Below, piece by piece: positions 1 through 11,613 of a stretch of 64,000 bases of DNA. Source of the DNA: Macrostomum lignano (lineage: Eukaryota); assembly GCA_002269645.1 (NCBI GenBank), contig NIVC01000744.1, forward strand, positions 62,001-126,000, read 5' to 3'. The notes under the pieces were generated by a model. That model was given only the letters and a program-made list of their open reading frames with translations. It had not been told where the DNA came from and did no database searches. Every line of letters starts with the position of its first letter. The stretch's first letter is position 1. The position numbers and the translations under genes were made by a program.

Positions 1-395
1 GGCGTTAAACATTAGGAAAAGAAATTTAAGAATGGCTTGGCTTTGCAGTACCTTTTAATAGAAATACGAGTAAGTTGTTTCTAAGTTGGGTCTAAGTTTT
101 AAAGTGACCTAATACAATCACGACTCAGATGTGGCTCAGTGGACGCTGCTAGTGGCTCTGAATCATTAATTTTTAGTTTCGACATCGTCAAGGCAAGAGC
201 TGCTCTACAAACAACTTATAATCAATAATTCAAATGTCACGATTGCAAACTATTCATCAATTTCCATCGGCAAACCGAAATAATGAAAATCAAACTTGAA
301 GATTTGCTTTCGGGAAAACAATTTCTTTATTTGAACGTCTTTCTTTCTAGCACGCGCTGTCATCGCTTCGTTTTCTTCCTTTCGTTTTAGAATTA

Positions 396-454
396 GCGCG
401 CCCTGTGACGCTGACTTTTACCATCCTGACAGCGTATTTTGTTGTTGTTGTTGT
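396..454 (+). mobile_element. Very short 5'-truncated 3' end of an RTE-like LINE
   Basis: CGCGCCCTG...CTGACTTT...GCGTATTTT(GTT)n parallels the 3' UTR and tail of the RTE copy at ~13571-13629. Confidence 0.55.
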
Positions 455-593
455 CGTTTTAGAGTGCTTATTTTGGGCAGTAGTTTGGTGGTTGTTCTTC
501 CTCCTAAAGCAAAATATTGGCTAATTTTCAGTATATTCTTCAACCAGAAAAAGGCTGCTTCTAAAGCGTAAAAATTCGTCTGAAACGTTTACC

Positions 594-864
594 CAGGAGC
601 GGATTTAGGGGGGCGGGGGGGACGGCGCCCCCCCCCCAAATAGCTTGACAGAACATATTGCGCCCCCAAAAACCTGAGTTTGCGCCCCCTAAACTTGATT
701 TTTCGCCCCCAAAAGACATTTTTTGGCGCCCCTAAGCTTGACTTTTCGCCCCATACACGCATTTTTGACGCCCCTAGCTTAAAAATTGGCGCCTCTTATA
801 CTCGTGTTGGCGCCCCAAACTTGGACCGCCCCCCCCCCAAAATGAAAATCTAGATCCGCCACTG
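594..864. mobile_element. Non-autonomous hAT-type MITE (271 bp)
   Basis: Imperfect TIRs CAGGAGCGGATTTAG / CTAGATCCGCCACTG; perfect 8-bp TSD CGTTTACC (586-593, 865-872); internal GCGCCCC repeats. Confidence 0.85.
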
Positions 865-879
865 CGTTTACCCTTTGGG

Positions 880-1480
880 CTTTTATTCTAATGAAGCGAT
901 CGTTTCTATTTTCTACACCCAAGCCAGCCTCACCCAGGGCCATCTATTCCATAGCGACAGGGCAGCAGGGAGGGCCCGGACCCCACGCTTCATCGGATGC
1001 ACCACTGGGACTTACGATGTCGCTGAATAGCCTGGGATTCTAAACCCCGACATGCAGCTGAGTTTGCGCAGCAAAACCCTGCTCAGCGTCCTGTCGAATA
1101 AACAACTCAAATTTCCTGGATGTTTTCGAAACTTCCGGAATCAAACGGTCTGGAATTTCTTGCGACTTTTGTTTCAATACTTCCCGTTTGTGCTATGGCT
1201 TCCTGCAATGTTGTGAAGCCTAGTCCTTGTCAGCTTAAGAATAATTCGAGCTATTCAGACAGTGAGAAAACTGCTTCTTCATTCTTTATTTCCACTATGC
1301 AGCTCCCGCAAGGGTTTGGGATTGAGTCAAAAGATGACTGTCTGAAAGCTGGTCAAAATCTCTGGAAGAAGTTTTGCAAATTTTGCGAGCAATCTCTGAC
1401 AGTAGCTATTACGTCGTAATATGAGTCTTGAACAGTCTAAAAGCATCCATCCACCAATATATGCGCACTTCTCATAATGC
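880..1480 (-). pseudogene. Decayed coding remnant, copy 1 (homologous to ~15560-16380)
   Basis: Clear nucleotide similarity to 15560-16380 (e.g. AGCCTGGGATTC, TTTTCGAAACTTCCGGAATCAAACGG, ATATGCGCACTTCTCATAA); minus-strand translation gives YEKCAYIGGW and QGLGF fragments broken by stops and frameshifts. Confidence 0.5.
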
Positions 1481-1797
1481 ACATCTGGGTCAGATCCTAA
1501 CGGAAGTGCACCAATGTACTCGTAATACTTGTATTGCTGCGCGCACCGACAAGAATTACAATTGGAACGATGCTAGAACGCTGGAAGAATCTAGCACGCT
1601 GACGAGTGCGTCAATAATGTAGTAGAGGCCGGGGCTGTTGCCCCCAGGACCCCAGGTCCTGCACGCAATGGCGTGGTGAACTATCTGTGCAGTATGAGAC
1701 TGGTATGGCCTCTATCCCAGCCAGCGATGCTCACACCTGCCTCTCCTGGCGGGCTGATAGCTCACGAGACTCTGTCTCCTGATTTTCACCTTGCAAG

Positions 1798-1864
1798 GCG
1801 CACTTCGAAGGGTACTCGTCCCGTGGGTGTTAAGGCAGGCTCTTGGGCCTCGCCGAGCTGATTC
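1798..1864 (+). ncRNA. Candidate HDV-like self-cleaving ribozyme in LINE 5' UTR
   Basis: P3 GGG/CCC around L3 TACTCGT; P1 GCGCAC/GTGGGT with G.U first pair and one mismatch; P1.1 AC/GT; P4 GGCAGGC/GCCT(C)GCC; J4/2 CTGA; P2 only GAA/TTC. Confidence 0.4.
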
Positions 1865-3269
1865 ATTAGCGCCGGGTCCTGGTGTGACCATATAAACGCA
1901 CCCTCTAATGTCCCAGTGTAACTCCGTGCTCATGGACGCTTGGCCAGGGAGTAGTCTGGTCGCTAACGGTTCCCCTTGCGCTTTTGGGTCCCCCCGCAGG
2001 ATGGTAAGGTTTGCTTTTTGGGGCCTGTCGCTTGGTTTGGGGTTGCGGCCTTGCGGCTCTTTGCCTGTGTTCTGCAGGAAGTCCCACCTTTTTACTTTCA
2101 GCCAATGGCTTCTAACCGAAGTAACCAACCGGCTGTGGATGACACAGTGCCTCCGGCCTCGGCTGGGGCCGTGGACTCCGCGGCCACACGATCTGCTACC
2201 ATCGGGGACGCCTCGGCGAGACCCGTGGAACCAACTCTGAGCGGTGCCTCCGATAAGATACCTGCTACTCCAGCTGGGCACGCCTCTGCACATTCATTCA
2301 AATGCAATGAGGGACTCGTGCCCTCTCATTTGGCCTAGTGATGCTGACTCGGGTCGGCGGCTCCTTGAGCTGCTGCCCGAGCAGAGCTGGGACCTCAACT
2401 TAGCCTTCTGCAGAGAGGACGAACGTCCCCGGACCAAGAGGCATCGAATCTGGGTTCCGGCCAGGAGCGTCGTTACCTCTGCTGACGAGCTCCGGAAAGG
2501 ACTGCTAGCAGTCAACCGGGAGCTTCCCGCCGCGGGCCTAGTGGTGCATGATACCCTTAAGCGCAGCGACGGCACTGGCTTCACAGCCATCCTGGGGCTG
2601 TCGGACGCCTGGATGGCGCTATCCGCACGGCAGCTTCATCAACGTCGGCCTTTGGAAGCTGCGCATCCGCTCCTACGAGGCCGACCCTCCCCTTGGCAGT
2701 GAGCAGAGCTGGCGGGATGCTGAGGCGGCCGGGGCCGAGGCGGGAGCTTCTGCTCAGGCTGCCAAAGCAAACCGCCTCGCCCGGCAGCACGGCCGCGCGG
2801 GTAAAGTCGAACGCGCTGCTGAGGGCGGAGGCGACCGACGCCCGGCGCGCAGCACCAAGCGGCGCGGCCTGTACCAGCGCGCAGCTGAGGCAGTCCGTAC
2901 CGCCAAAATCACCCAGCTGAGGCGAGAGGTCACCGGGATGCCTAGGCGCACCAGCTCGTCCAGGGAGAGTGGGGACGTCTCAGCTGGGCCCAACCCCTCG
3001 GGGCAGGGCCGACTGGAGACGGACCCGCCTGCCCAGGCGGCTGGCTGCAACTGGCTCCAGGGCATTGGGCCAGTCGGAAGCGGAGGACCCCGTGGCCGGT
3101 GGGCGAAGGGCGGCGAACGCTGCCTATTTCCTTCCGACCAGTCGGGGGCTTTTTGCTGAAGAGGAGCCCATGGACACCGGCGACCCCGACCTAAGCTGGT
3201 GAGCGCCGAGGAGGAGGAGGAACTCCTGGCGACTGCAACACCCGATCTGCACTGATAGCAGCGGCTACC

Positions 3270-5415
3270 TGGTGTCTGCAGATCAACACCCAGCACTGCG
3301 TGGCGGCGTCAGTCAACCTGATGCGCACGACAGAGCAACAGCTTCCGGGCCTGGTCTTCGTGCAGGAGCCCTGGATGACTAAAGGTAAGCCAAATAATGT
3401 GCCATCTGGCAACCACTGTTTTTGCATGGCGGACTCTCAGCCTCGCCCAAGATCTCTGGTCTTTGCTGCAAAAGCTTTTAAGACATGGATGAGACCTGAT
3501 CTCTCTACTGGGGACGTCTGTGTTGTTTCAAATCAATAACCTCATTCCAAATAAACCTGTGCTGGTAGCATCTACCTATTTCCCAGGCGATGCCCCAACA
3601 GTCTGCGACGCACTAGTCAACCTCATTGACTACGCCGCGTCCCGCCGGTTCGAGCTGCTCATTGCAGGGGTTGTGAACGCACACCACCTGCATTGGGGCA
3701 GCAAGAACACAAATAACAGAGGCGAGGAGCTGCTGGCCTACGTCAGCAGCACAAACCTCAATTTCTGTAACGTGGGCAATGCACCAACGTTCAATAATGG
3801 GCGGTGGGCCGAAGTCATTGACACCACCATCGCCTCACCCGGACTGTTTTCCGCAGTCACGGGCTGGCGAGTGTGGGACGAGGACTCGCTCTCGGACCAC
3901 CGCTTCATCCGCTTTTACATTGGGCCGACCAAGCAAAAGCTTAAGGTCTCTTGGAGTCGGAACGTCAGGAACACCGATTGGGCCGCCTTTGGCTCGAAGC
4001 TGAGCCGCGGCCTTCGGGATCTTGATCCCCCAGTGACCTCTCTGACTGCCAGGTGGTGGATGATCTCGCCTCCTCCTTGGGCGGGGCGATCACCACTGCC
4101 TTTGAAGCAGCCTGCCCTCTAAAGACCTATAAAGGCAAGAAATCTGCTCCCTGGTGGAACCCAGAGCTCGGGGCCCTTCGGCGCCGAGCCAGGACCCTCC
4201 AAAGGCGAGCGCTCAAAACCAAAGACCCATCTGATATAGAGGCCTATACCCGTGCGATCCACGAGTTTAAGGGCCAAGTCAGAATGTCCAAGACGGCCAA
4301 GTGGCGCCAATATTGCAAAGGGCTTGAGGGCTTTCGCCCCGTAGCCCGCGTGGTTAAGGCACTCACTAACGACCGTTTTTCTAAACTCTCTGTTGTGAAG
4401 AGACCTGATGGCTCGGTCACAGAGAGCTCGGAAGAGACTCTAGTAGAGCTAATGCTCAACAGTTTCTTACCTAAATCTCCGACTCAGCAGGGCCCGCCCG
4501 ACCACACAGTGGGAGGGCAAGGCCTAGCAAAGTCTATGATCACCAAAGACCGCATTATTAGAGCGGCAAGGTCCTTTCACCCGTTCAAGGCGCCTGGGCC
4601 CGATGGCATCTACCCAGCGTTCTTGCACGAGGCGGTGAAAAACCACCGTTTCCTGGACCTGCTCTGTCGTCCCCTTCGAGCTTGTGTGGAGCTGGGCTAT
4701 GTACCAGTTGCGTGGAGAGAGGCTCGGGTGGTCTTTATCCCCAAGCCTGGAAAGAGCGACTACCAATCGGTGAAGGCCTTCAGGCCTATCAGCCTCACTT
4801 CTTTCTGCCTCAAGCTCTTCGAGAGACTGGTACTTTGGCGCCTACTTTCGGTCGAGCAGAAGCGCTTCCCACTCTCGCAGAATCAGCACGCCTTCCGCGC
4901 GGGCAGGTCTACCGAGAGTGCCCTCCATGTCATCGTTGACTTCCTGGAGAGGGCCGTTCTTGGCAGCGGCTTTGCCCTCTCGCTTTTCCTGGACATTGAG
5001 GGGGCCTTCGACAACGTCATCTTCGAGGCCTTCTGCAGAGCCCTGGAATCCAGGGCCACGAACTCTCACCTTGTCCGGTGGATCATGTTCATGATCCGGA
5101 ACCGCAGTGTTGTGGCCCACCTGAACGGCAGCTCTCTTTCGGCGCCTGTCCAGAAAGGGGCCCCCAGGGCGGAGTTCTCTGGAACATGGTCATGGATGAG
5201 TTGCTTTGCAGTGATCTCCACGACCCCATTCTCAAGGTGGGCTGTGCCGATGATGTGACCGCGATATGCGCGGGCCCCTCGGTTGATACCATCAGAGACC
5301 TTCTGCAGGGCTTTCTGGGACGAGCGGAGCGTTGGGCAAACCAATGTGGCATTAGACTCTCAGAGTCGAAAATCACAGCGGTCATGTTTACCAACAAACT
5401 GCTCTGGACCATTAA
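3270..5415 (+). pseudogene. LINE ORF2 (APE endonuclease + reverse transcriptase), frameshifted; continues at 8229-8480
   Basis: ORFs 3300-3539, 3520-4122, 4053-5258 and 5078-5458 carry successive EN and RT motifs in shifting frames. Confidence 0.9.
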
Positions 5416-8228
5416 CCTCTTCCACACTAATGCCTTAGGGTTTCACTCACGCAAGTGACGGATGGTACGCATAGCGTACCATAGAATATTTTGTGGCCGC
5501 AAAAATTTTGGCAGCACACCCTTAAGTGCCGGCTAGGCGGGAATTTTTCGCTTTGCCTATCTTTCTTTCTTTACGAGCGGCTTATTATTTTACGGCGTTT
5601 ATAATCGTTTGATTTCGATCTTCTTTAATTCACAGCTCCACCGATTGACCGCCTGGTTTGTGTGTTTCTTTATTACGGTTAATTTTATTTTTCCTGTGTT
5701 ACTTTTTATACTATTTTGTGTTTGAACATTTTAGTACGCTTTCCATTTGTGTATATATCCTGTTTGTAAAGTTATAGGCTTTATTTTGTATCGCTGTTAC
5801 ATTATAAGTTATTTAAATTAGCTAGAGCTTTTTGTATCGAATATGGCCATGCAGTTTATTCGTCAAGCTCTTGTGGGTCTTCGTGGTGGGCCAGCTGAGG
5901 TCTCAAGCGATTCTGATGACAGCTCCGAGGACGAGATTTTAGAGGAGGAATCTATGGATGAAGATGTGACTGAAGAACAAGGCGATGATGCTGAAATGCA
6001 GTGGCGAGGCGTGACTGAGGAGACGGATACACGAGAAAGCGCTGATGTGGAATTTTTCGGTGTTGAAGGCCTGAATCATGAAGTTCACGTTCCCGCCGAC
6101 GTTGAGAATGGAATCGGAAGTTTCTTTTCAATGTTCGTTACTGACGATCTATTGGAAATGTTATGCAAGTTTACCAATGCTAGGGCATGGGCCGAGGTGC
6201 ATTCATGCGAAGAAGATGGTCTTGGTCAAATGCCTGCAAGGTTGTCAGCTTGGCGCGATTGCACAATTTCCGAGATGAAAAAGATGCTAGCCATAATCAT
6301 GTACATGGGTGTCGTCAAAAAGCCCGACATGCGTGCATATTGGTCCACTGATGAGTTTTACGGCAGCAGCCTGTTTCAAGGCGAGTTTTGCATCGCTCGA
6401 GAGCGCTTCCAACAAATCCTCTCCTTCTTACGCTTCTATGATTGCCAGGACAACACGAACGCTGACGATCCACTAAGAAAGGTGCGCCCATTCCTGCAAT
6501 ATGTTTGCCAAATTTGCAAAAGAAACTACTCACCAGGCAGGGAAGTTGCGGTCGACGAGGAGCTGGTTCTTCATAAGGGCCGGCTCATTTTCAAGCAGTA
6601 TATTCCTAAGAAGCGGGCTCGCTTTGGAATAAAAACCTACTGCCTCGTCGACGCCAAAACCGGCTATCTCTGGAATATACTCGTTCATTCAACACCGGAT
6701 GAAAATGCTCGCTTCGGAGAGGGCCTGGGCTGCGCTGAACTCAGCATAACTGAAAGAATTGTTGTTGAGCTCATGCAAGATCTTTTCGGCTTAGGCTACC
6801 AAGTATTCACTGATAGTTTTTTTCACGTCAATTCGACTTGCCAGTTTTCTTCTCGAGAAAGGCACCACAATCACCGGTTCAGTCCAGGCAAATCGAGGCA
6901 TCCCAGACTCGCTTAAGACTGCTAATATTCCAGCTCCCGGCTTTCGCTTCATGCGTAAAGGTGATGTCCTGGCAATAAAGATGACCGACAAGAAGGCAAG
7001 TGGCGTTAAGACTTTGCATCTCCTCGACACTCACGGTGTTGCCGGCTCGGTCGAGCGACAGACCATCCGCCGCGGAGGGCTAGTGCAGCTGGTTAGGAAG
7101 CCTACGAGCGTTGCGAACTGCACCAAATTCATGGGAGGAGTCGATAGACTGGACTCGTGTCTCCAACCGTACCACCCTAACAGGAAGACATACCGATGGC
7201 ATCAAAAGTTAGCGCTCCATCTGATGTTTCAACTGGTGCACAATTCCTGGGTTGCCTACCGAATTTCAGGTGGATCCCGGCCTTTTCTGCGATTTTTGGA
7301 AACCTGCATCACTTGGCTAATGAGGAGCAAGGGCACTGGGAAGCTGCGGTGCATGCGGACGACGCCTGCTACACACGCTGGTGACGGACACTTTCCTTCG
7401 AAGCTCCCACCTACCCAGGGAAATCCACGTCCGTCTAAGCGCTGTCGCGTCTGCTACAGAAATTGAGTATCAAAGCGCACAGTGACCGTCTGCAAGGGTT
7501 GTGTGAATCAGCCGGGACTGTGCATTGGAGACTGTTTCGAGCAGTGGCACGTTTAAGTGCAGTCCCTGGTTCGTGTGACTTCTCAGCCAGCGTTTAGAGC
7601 TTACACAAGTTTGCGCAACTTATCCTGTGCAATGTACGAAACTTGAGTATGTATCGTTGTTTATTATTCTCGTTCTAATGTCAGATGTGGATTAGATATT
7701 GCAAAAAGTTGTAAAATTTACTAGCAATGAACGACATCAGACAATTTAGTTATCTGAAAAAATTACAAGTGCTTGTGAGTTCCAGGTAGCTCATATGGGG
7801 TCGAAACACAAGAAACAAATGCTTAAAAACTTCAAATATCAGTTTTTTCCTCGATACCTCCTTCAAAAAACCTTTCTCGTGTTTTATACTTTTCTAGACT
7901 GTACGATTCAAATGATATGCCTTTCTTTGTTCCAGTTTTTATTGCAAGAAATTATTGAGAAATTGTTCGATAAATTAGTTTATTTCTATAGTACTTAACC
8001 ATTAAAAGCTTTAATAAAAAACTTTCGAAAGCCACGAAGTAATTGCATCTCTAATCATGGCATGCATGGCGTACCATTCGTCACTTGTAAGTTTGTGTTC
8101 TTGCGTCTTAAGATTTCTGCAGGTTTAAAAAAAGTTGTCTATGATAGCAAGCTTTGCTATGATAGCTTTGCTATGATAGCAAAGCTGTGAGCCATGGTGT
8201 GCTATGCGTACCATCGGGTTCGATAGGG
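5416..8228 (+). mobile_element. piggyBac DNA transposon (2813 bp) inserted into LINE ORF2
   Basis: TTAA at 5412-5415 and 8229-8232; excision restores the LINE codons ATT AAG; subterminal inverted motif GATGGTACGCATAGC at both ends; transposase inside. Confidence 0.93.
5843..7556 (+). pseudogene. piggyBac (DDD) transposase with one frameshift and one premature stop
   Basis: Motifs AVDEELV, YIPKKRARFGIK, TDSFFTS, MGGVDRLD; +1 T in the T run near 6817; TGA at 7464-7466 inside the Cys-rich domain CRVCYRN*VSKRTVTVCKGCVNQPGLCIGDCFEQWH. Confidence 0.9.
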
Positions 8229-8616
8229 TTAAGCCCCTCACCCTCTATGGAAAGAATATTTCCATGGAGAAGCAGGTCCGCTGCCTGGGCCTCACTCTGG
8301 ACCACAGGCTTAACTGGACTCCGCACATTCAAACTAAAGCCAAAAAAGCTCTGGCTGTCCTGGCTCAGATCAGGCGCGCCGTGGGCACCACCTGGGGGCT
8401 CACCCCCAGGAAGCTGTGGTGGATTTACACTGCCATCATCCGCCCCTCGATCAGTTACGCCAGCCTCGTGTGGGCTAGCGGCCAGGGGCTAGTCATTGGT
8501 CGCCAGGGGCTATGAGTGCACCAATGTTTTTGACCGAGGGCGCGCGAGGTCAAATACATTTGGTGCACGATATAGCCATTTTCCACTGGCATTGTAATTT
8601 TTTGGGCGCCTATTAC

Positions 8617-8701
8617 CCATAGACATCTGAAGCGTGCAACAATAAAGTAGTCTGAGCGTGCAACAATACTTCAATGTTGCACGCTCCAAATATGTCTATG
8701 G
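8617..8701. repeat. 85-bp nested inverted repeat (probable MITE relic)
   Basis: CCATAGACAT...AGCGTGCAACA...TGTTGCACGCT...ATGTCTATGG; the same head CCATAGACAT..AAGCGTGCAACAAT recurs near 9280. Confidence 0.55.
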
Positions 8702-9929
8702 CCCAAATATCTGGGCAGTTTAGAGCAGTGAAGAGACGGGCCAAGCCTAAGCCAAGCCAGGTCAGCGAGTTTGCGGCCAAAAAGCTGTCATCATGATTTA
8801 CGAAGCATCAACGGGCGAGCCTATTGGATTGCTGCATATTTCGCAAGGAGATGTCGTTGGTTTGTCGTCTTCTGAGATTGGCGAGCGAATCCGGCGAAGG
8901 CGACTATGCAAGGCATGCTGAACGATCTGGCTCAGTTGGATGTGAATGAAATCGAGGCGCTGTTAGCTGGTCAAGACCGGAACGAGACTTGCTCAGGGAG
9001 ATGGATGTAATGCAACTCGACACTACGCCAAAGTCAGTTCTGTTGCAAGAAAAGTGGGCACTTCGTAAGTTCACATTCAACAACTGCCAATTCCACGTGC
9101 ATATTTCGAACATGCCTTGATCCGGCGTACAGCTTGGACCGATTTGTGCTAAATCCGTTGATTGTTTTGTTTATATTAGGTTTTTATAATGTTACAAACT
9201 TGTTTTTTTATATTAAGTTTTTATAATGTTACAACTGCTAAATATAGCATTAAATAGATAGCTCAGACGTTGGCTTCGGCCATAGACATTCAAAGCGTGC
9301 AACAATCTGGCTTGATTGCTATACCCCTAAAAACCCCTCCAAAATGATACAATGGCTGAAACACGAACTGGTGCGCGTAGCGCACGAGGGTTTTTACCAT
9401 AGACGCACAAGTCAAAGTGCTTGATACCCATTCTTATTGTATTTGACCCGACATGTGTGGCTAAAGTAGAAAAGGGTGGAGCTGGGGGTGTGGGGACGAA
9501 GCCCCCACAGTTAGACCTGAACCATAGACAAAATAAGCTAAATAAAGAAACATTGCGCATTACATTCTTGCAGGATTGCCATTCCTGCACCGAGTGCACA
9601 TGTAAATTCAAGGTGCTTTTACCATAGACTTGAATAGACAGATTAAATATACAGAACTATCAATCCCGCTTGCAGAGTCAAACCGGCACCACTCAGCTAT
9701 TCTTTACTACATCGTTATAATGTATCATACCGATTAAACTTGTGATAATCACTTGCAAAAATGTAATATCAATAGTCAATACACTTTGCATACAAACATA
9801 TTGCGAAAATACTCTCATGCACTACATCTACGAGCGTATCAATTATCTACAATCTTCTGAAATCTTGCATGCACGGATTGGTTGAAAAATAGGGAAGCAG
9901 CTCCGCTGAGTAGGGGAGCCGAGCCATCA

Positions 9930-10775
9930 CCAAGAAAAACTTAGAGTAGGAGTTTGGGCTGTGGGGATGGAGCCCCCGCTAAGACAAACTTAAAGGGGGG
10001 CCGTAGCCCAGCGGTAGCGCAGCTGCTCTGGTGTGCCGCGACCCAGGCTCGATTCCAAGTGCATCCACATTAATTTGGGGCTGAACTGGAATTTCGGCTT
10101 GGCTCGCCTGTGCAATTAACGGCCTTGAGAGCCAACCCCCCAAGGCGCAGTGAAGTGTACATGCCTAACGATAATATAAAGTTAGGGCCGCTGTACACTC
10201 CTGTGTGAGTGTGTGCCTGCGTAACGTATCCGCGCGCTTGTATGCCTGCTCAGGGGAGTCGGGCGGAATGGGCAGTAATGCCTCTCGCCGGTTGTGTGCC
10301 TATGTCGCCTAAAGTGCGCCAGGGTGCACACAACCCCCCTGCCTCTAAAAAAAGACAAACTTAAAGTAAGAGTTTGGGGGCGTGGGGTGGGGTGGAGCCC
10401 CCGCTAAGACAAACTTAAAGTAAGAGTTTGGGGGCGTGGGTTGGGGTGGAGCCCCCGCTAAGACAAACTTAAAGTACAATAAGAGTTTGGGGGCGTGGGG
10501 TGGAGTCCCCGCCAAGGCAAACTTAAGAGTTTGGGGGCGTGGTGGTGGAGTACCCGCCAAGGCAAACTTTAAGTAAGAGTTTGGGGGCGTGGGGGGTGGA
10601 GTACCCGCCAAGGCAAACTTTAAGTAAGAGTTTGGGGGCGTGGGGTGGAGTCCCCGCCAGGGCAAACTTTAAGTAAGAGTTTGGAGGCGTGGGGGTGGAG
10701 TACCCGCCAAGGCAAACTTTAAATAAGAGTTGCGAGGAGTGTTGGGGCGGAGCGCACCACCAAGGCTAATTAAAT
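9930..10775. repeat. ~40-bp G-rich minisatellite, interrupted by a SINE
   Basis: Repeated AAACTT(T)AAGTAAGAGTTTGGGGGCGTGGGG..GGAGT.CCCGCCAAGGC units. Confidence 0.85.
9996..10351 (+). mobile_element. tRNA-derived SINE (~356 bp)
   Basis: A box TAGCCCAGCGG, B-box-like GGCTCGATTCC, A-rich tail, 15-bp TSD AAGACAAACTTAAAG (9981-9995, 10352-10366). Confidence 0.85.
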
Positions 10776-11275
10776 TAATAGTTTTGGAGACTATATAATT
10801 CCGGTCATTACATTTGCTATTTGCTCCCACTTTAGCGGGAGCAATCTGGAATCATCTACTACTCGTAGTTTCCAAGGAAGTGAACGGACGCACGGGGTCT
10901 TGAACTCTTGCTCTCCGTTGGATGGCTTTTAGCTGTCATTTCCCTCTACTGTCGTCTCTGTTTTTCATTGTACTTTTAAAAACAAGTTCCAAATTTTTTA
11001 AAATAAAAAAGTGAAACAATACATTAAAATGATCGTGTCTTTCTGAGCTACTTCAAGTAATGCATGCATGTTATTATTAGCTAGCTCGTATTAAAAATTG
11101 ACAATTTTTTAGAACTTTTACTGACACATCCTATTGTTGCTAGTATTAGTAGTATTATCTCAGTAAAACTTTTTAGTAATACGCACGTACAGCACTAGGA
11201 AAGCAATATGGCTGCTCCTTCCGGTGTGCAACAAAGCGTGATACATTGATAAAACAGGCTAACAGGTGCTATTCA

Positions 11276-11554
11276 CAGGGGTGTCGACATTGATTTTATG
11301 GTGGGGGACAAAGAAATAAATTTTACTTGTACATGCACATGACTGAATTCCTATATTTACATGATTTTGAGAATCGGTATTGTCAGCACTCATTTTAGCG
11401 TCACAATTGCTAAACTTTAGCGCTCTGAAACAAATCTATTGCTTTACTCAACGGGTAATAAGGTGGGGTGGGGGACAAAAAATTATCATGTCCCCCATAG
11501 CTCATACTGGAGGGGGACATCTCCCCCCTGTCCTACCCGGTGGCGACGCCCCTG
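11276..11554. mobile_element. hAT-type MITE
   Basis: TIRs CAGGGGTGTCG / CGACGCCCCTG; degenerate 8-bp TSD GCTATTCA / GCTGTTCT; related copy at 27902-28260. Confidence 0.75.
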
Positions 11555-11613
11555 GCTGTTCTTAAACTTGCAATTCAGAAGATGCTAAATGTACGAGTAC
11601 TAACTCAACAGTC

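Larger units (their letters stand above)
1680..8480 (+). mobile_element. Degenerate R1/LOA-type non-LTR retrotransposon, interrupted by piggyBac at 5416-8228, 3' end missing
   Basis: Frameshifted ORF1 (~2106-3159); APE endonuclease (QINTQH, VQEPW, NAHHLHWGS, DSLSDH); RT (KAPGPDG, FRPISLTS, FLDIEGAFD, PQGG, CADD); after removing piggyBac the frame continues WTIKPLTLYG...CLGLTLD...WIYTAIIRPSISYASLVW. 5' boundary approximate. Confidence 0.9.
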
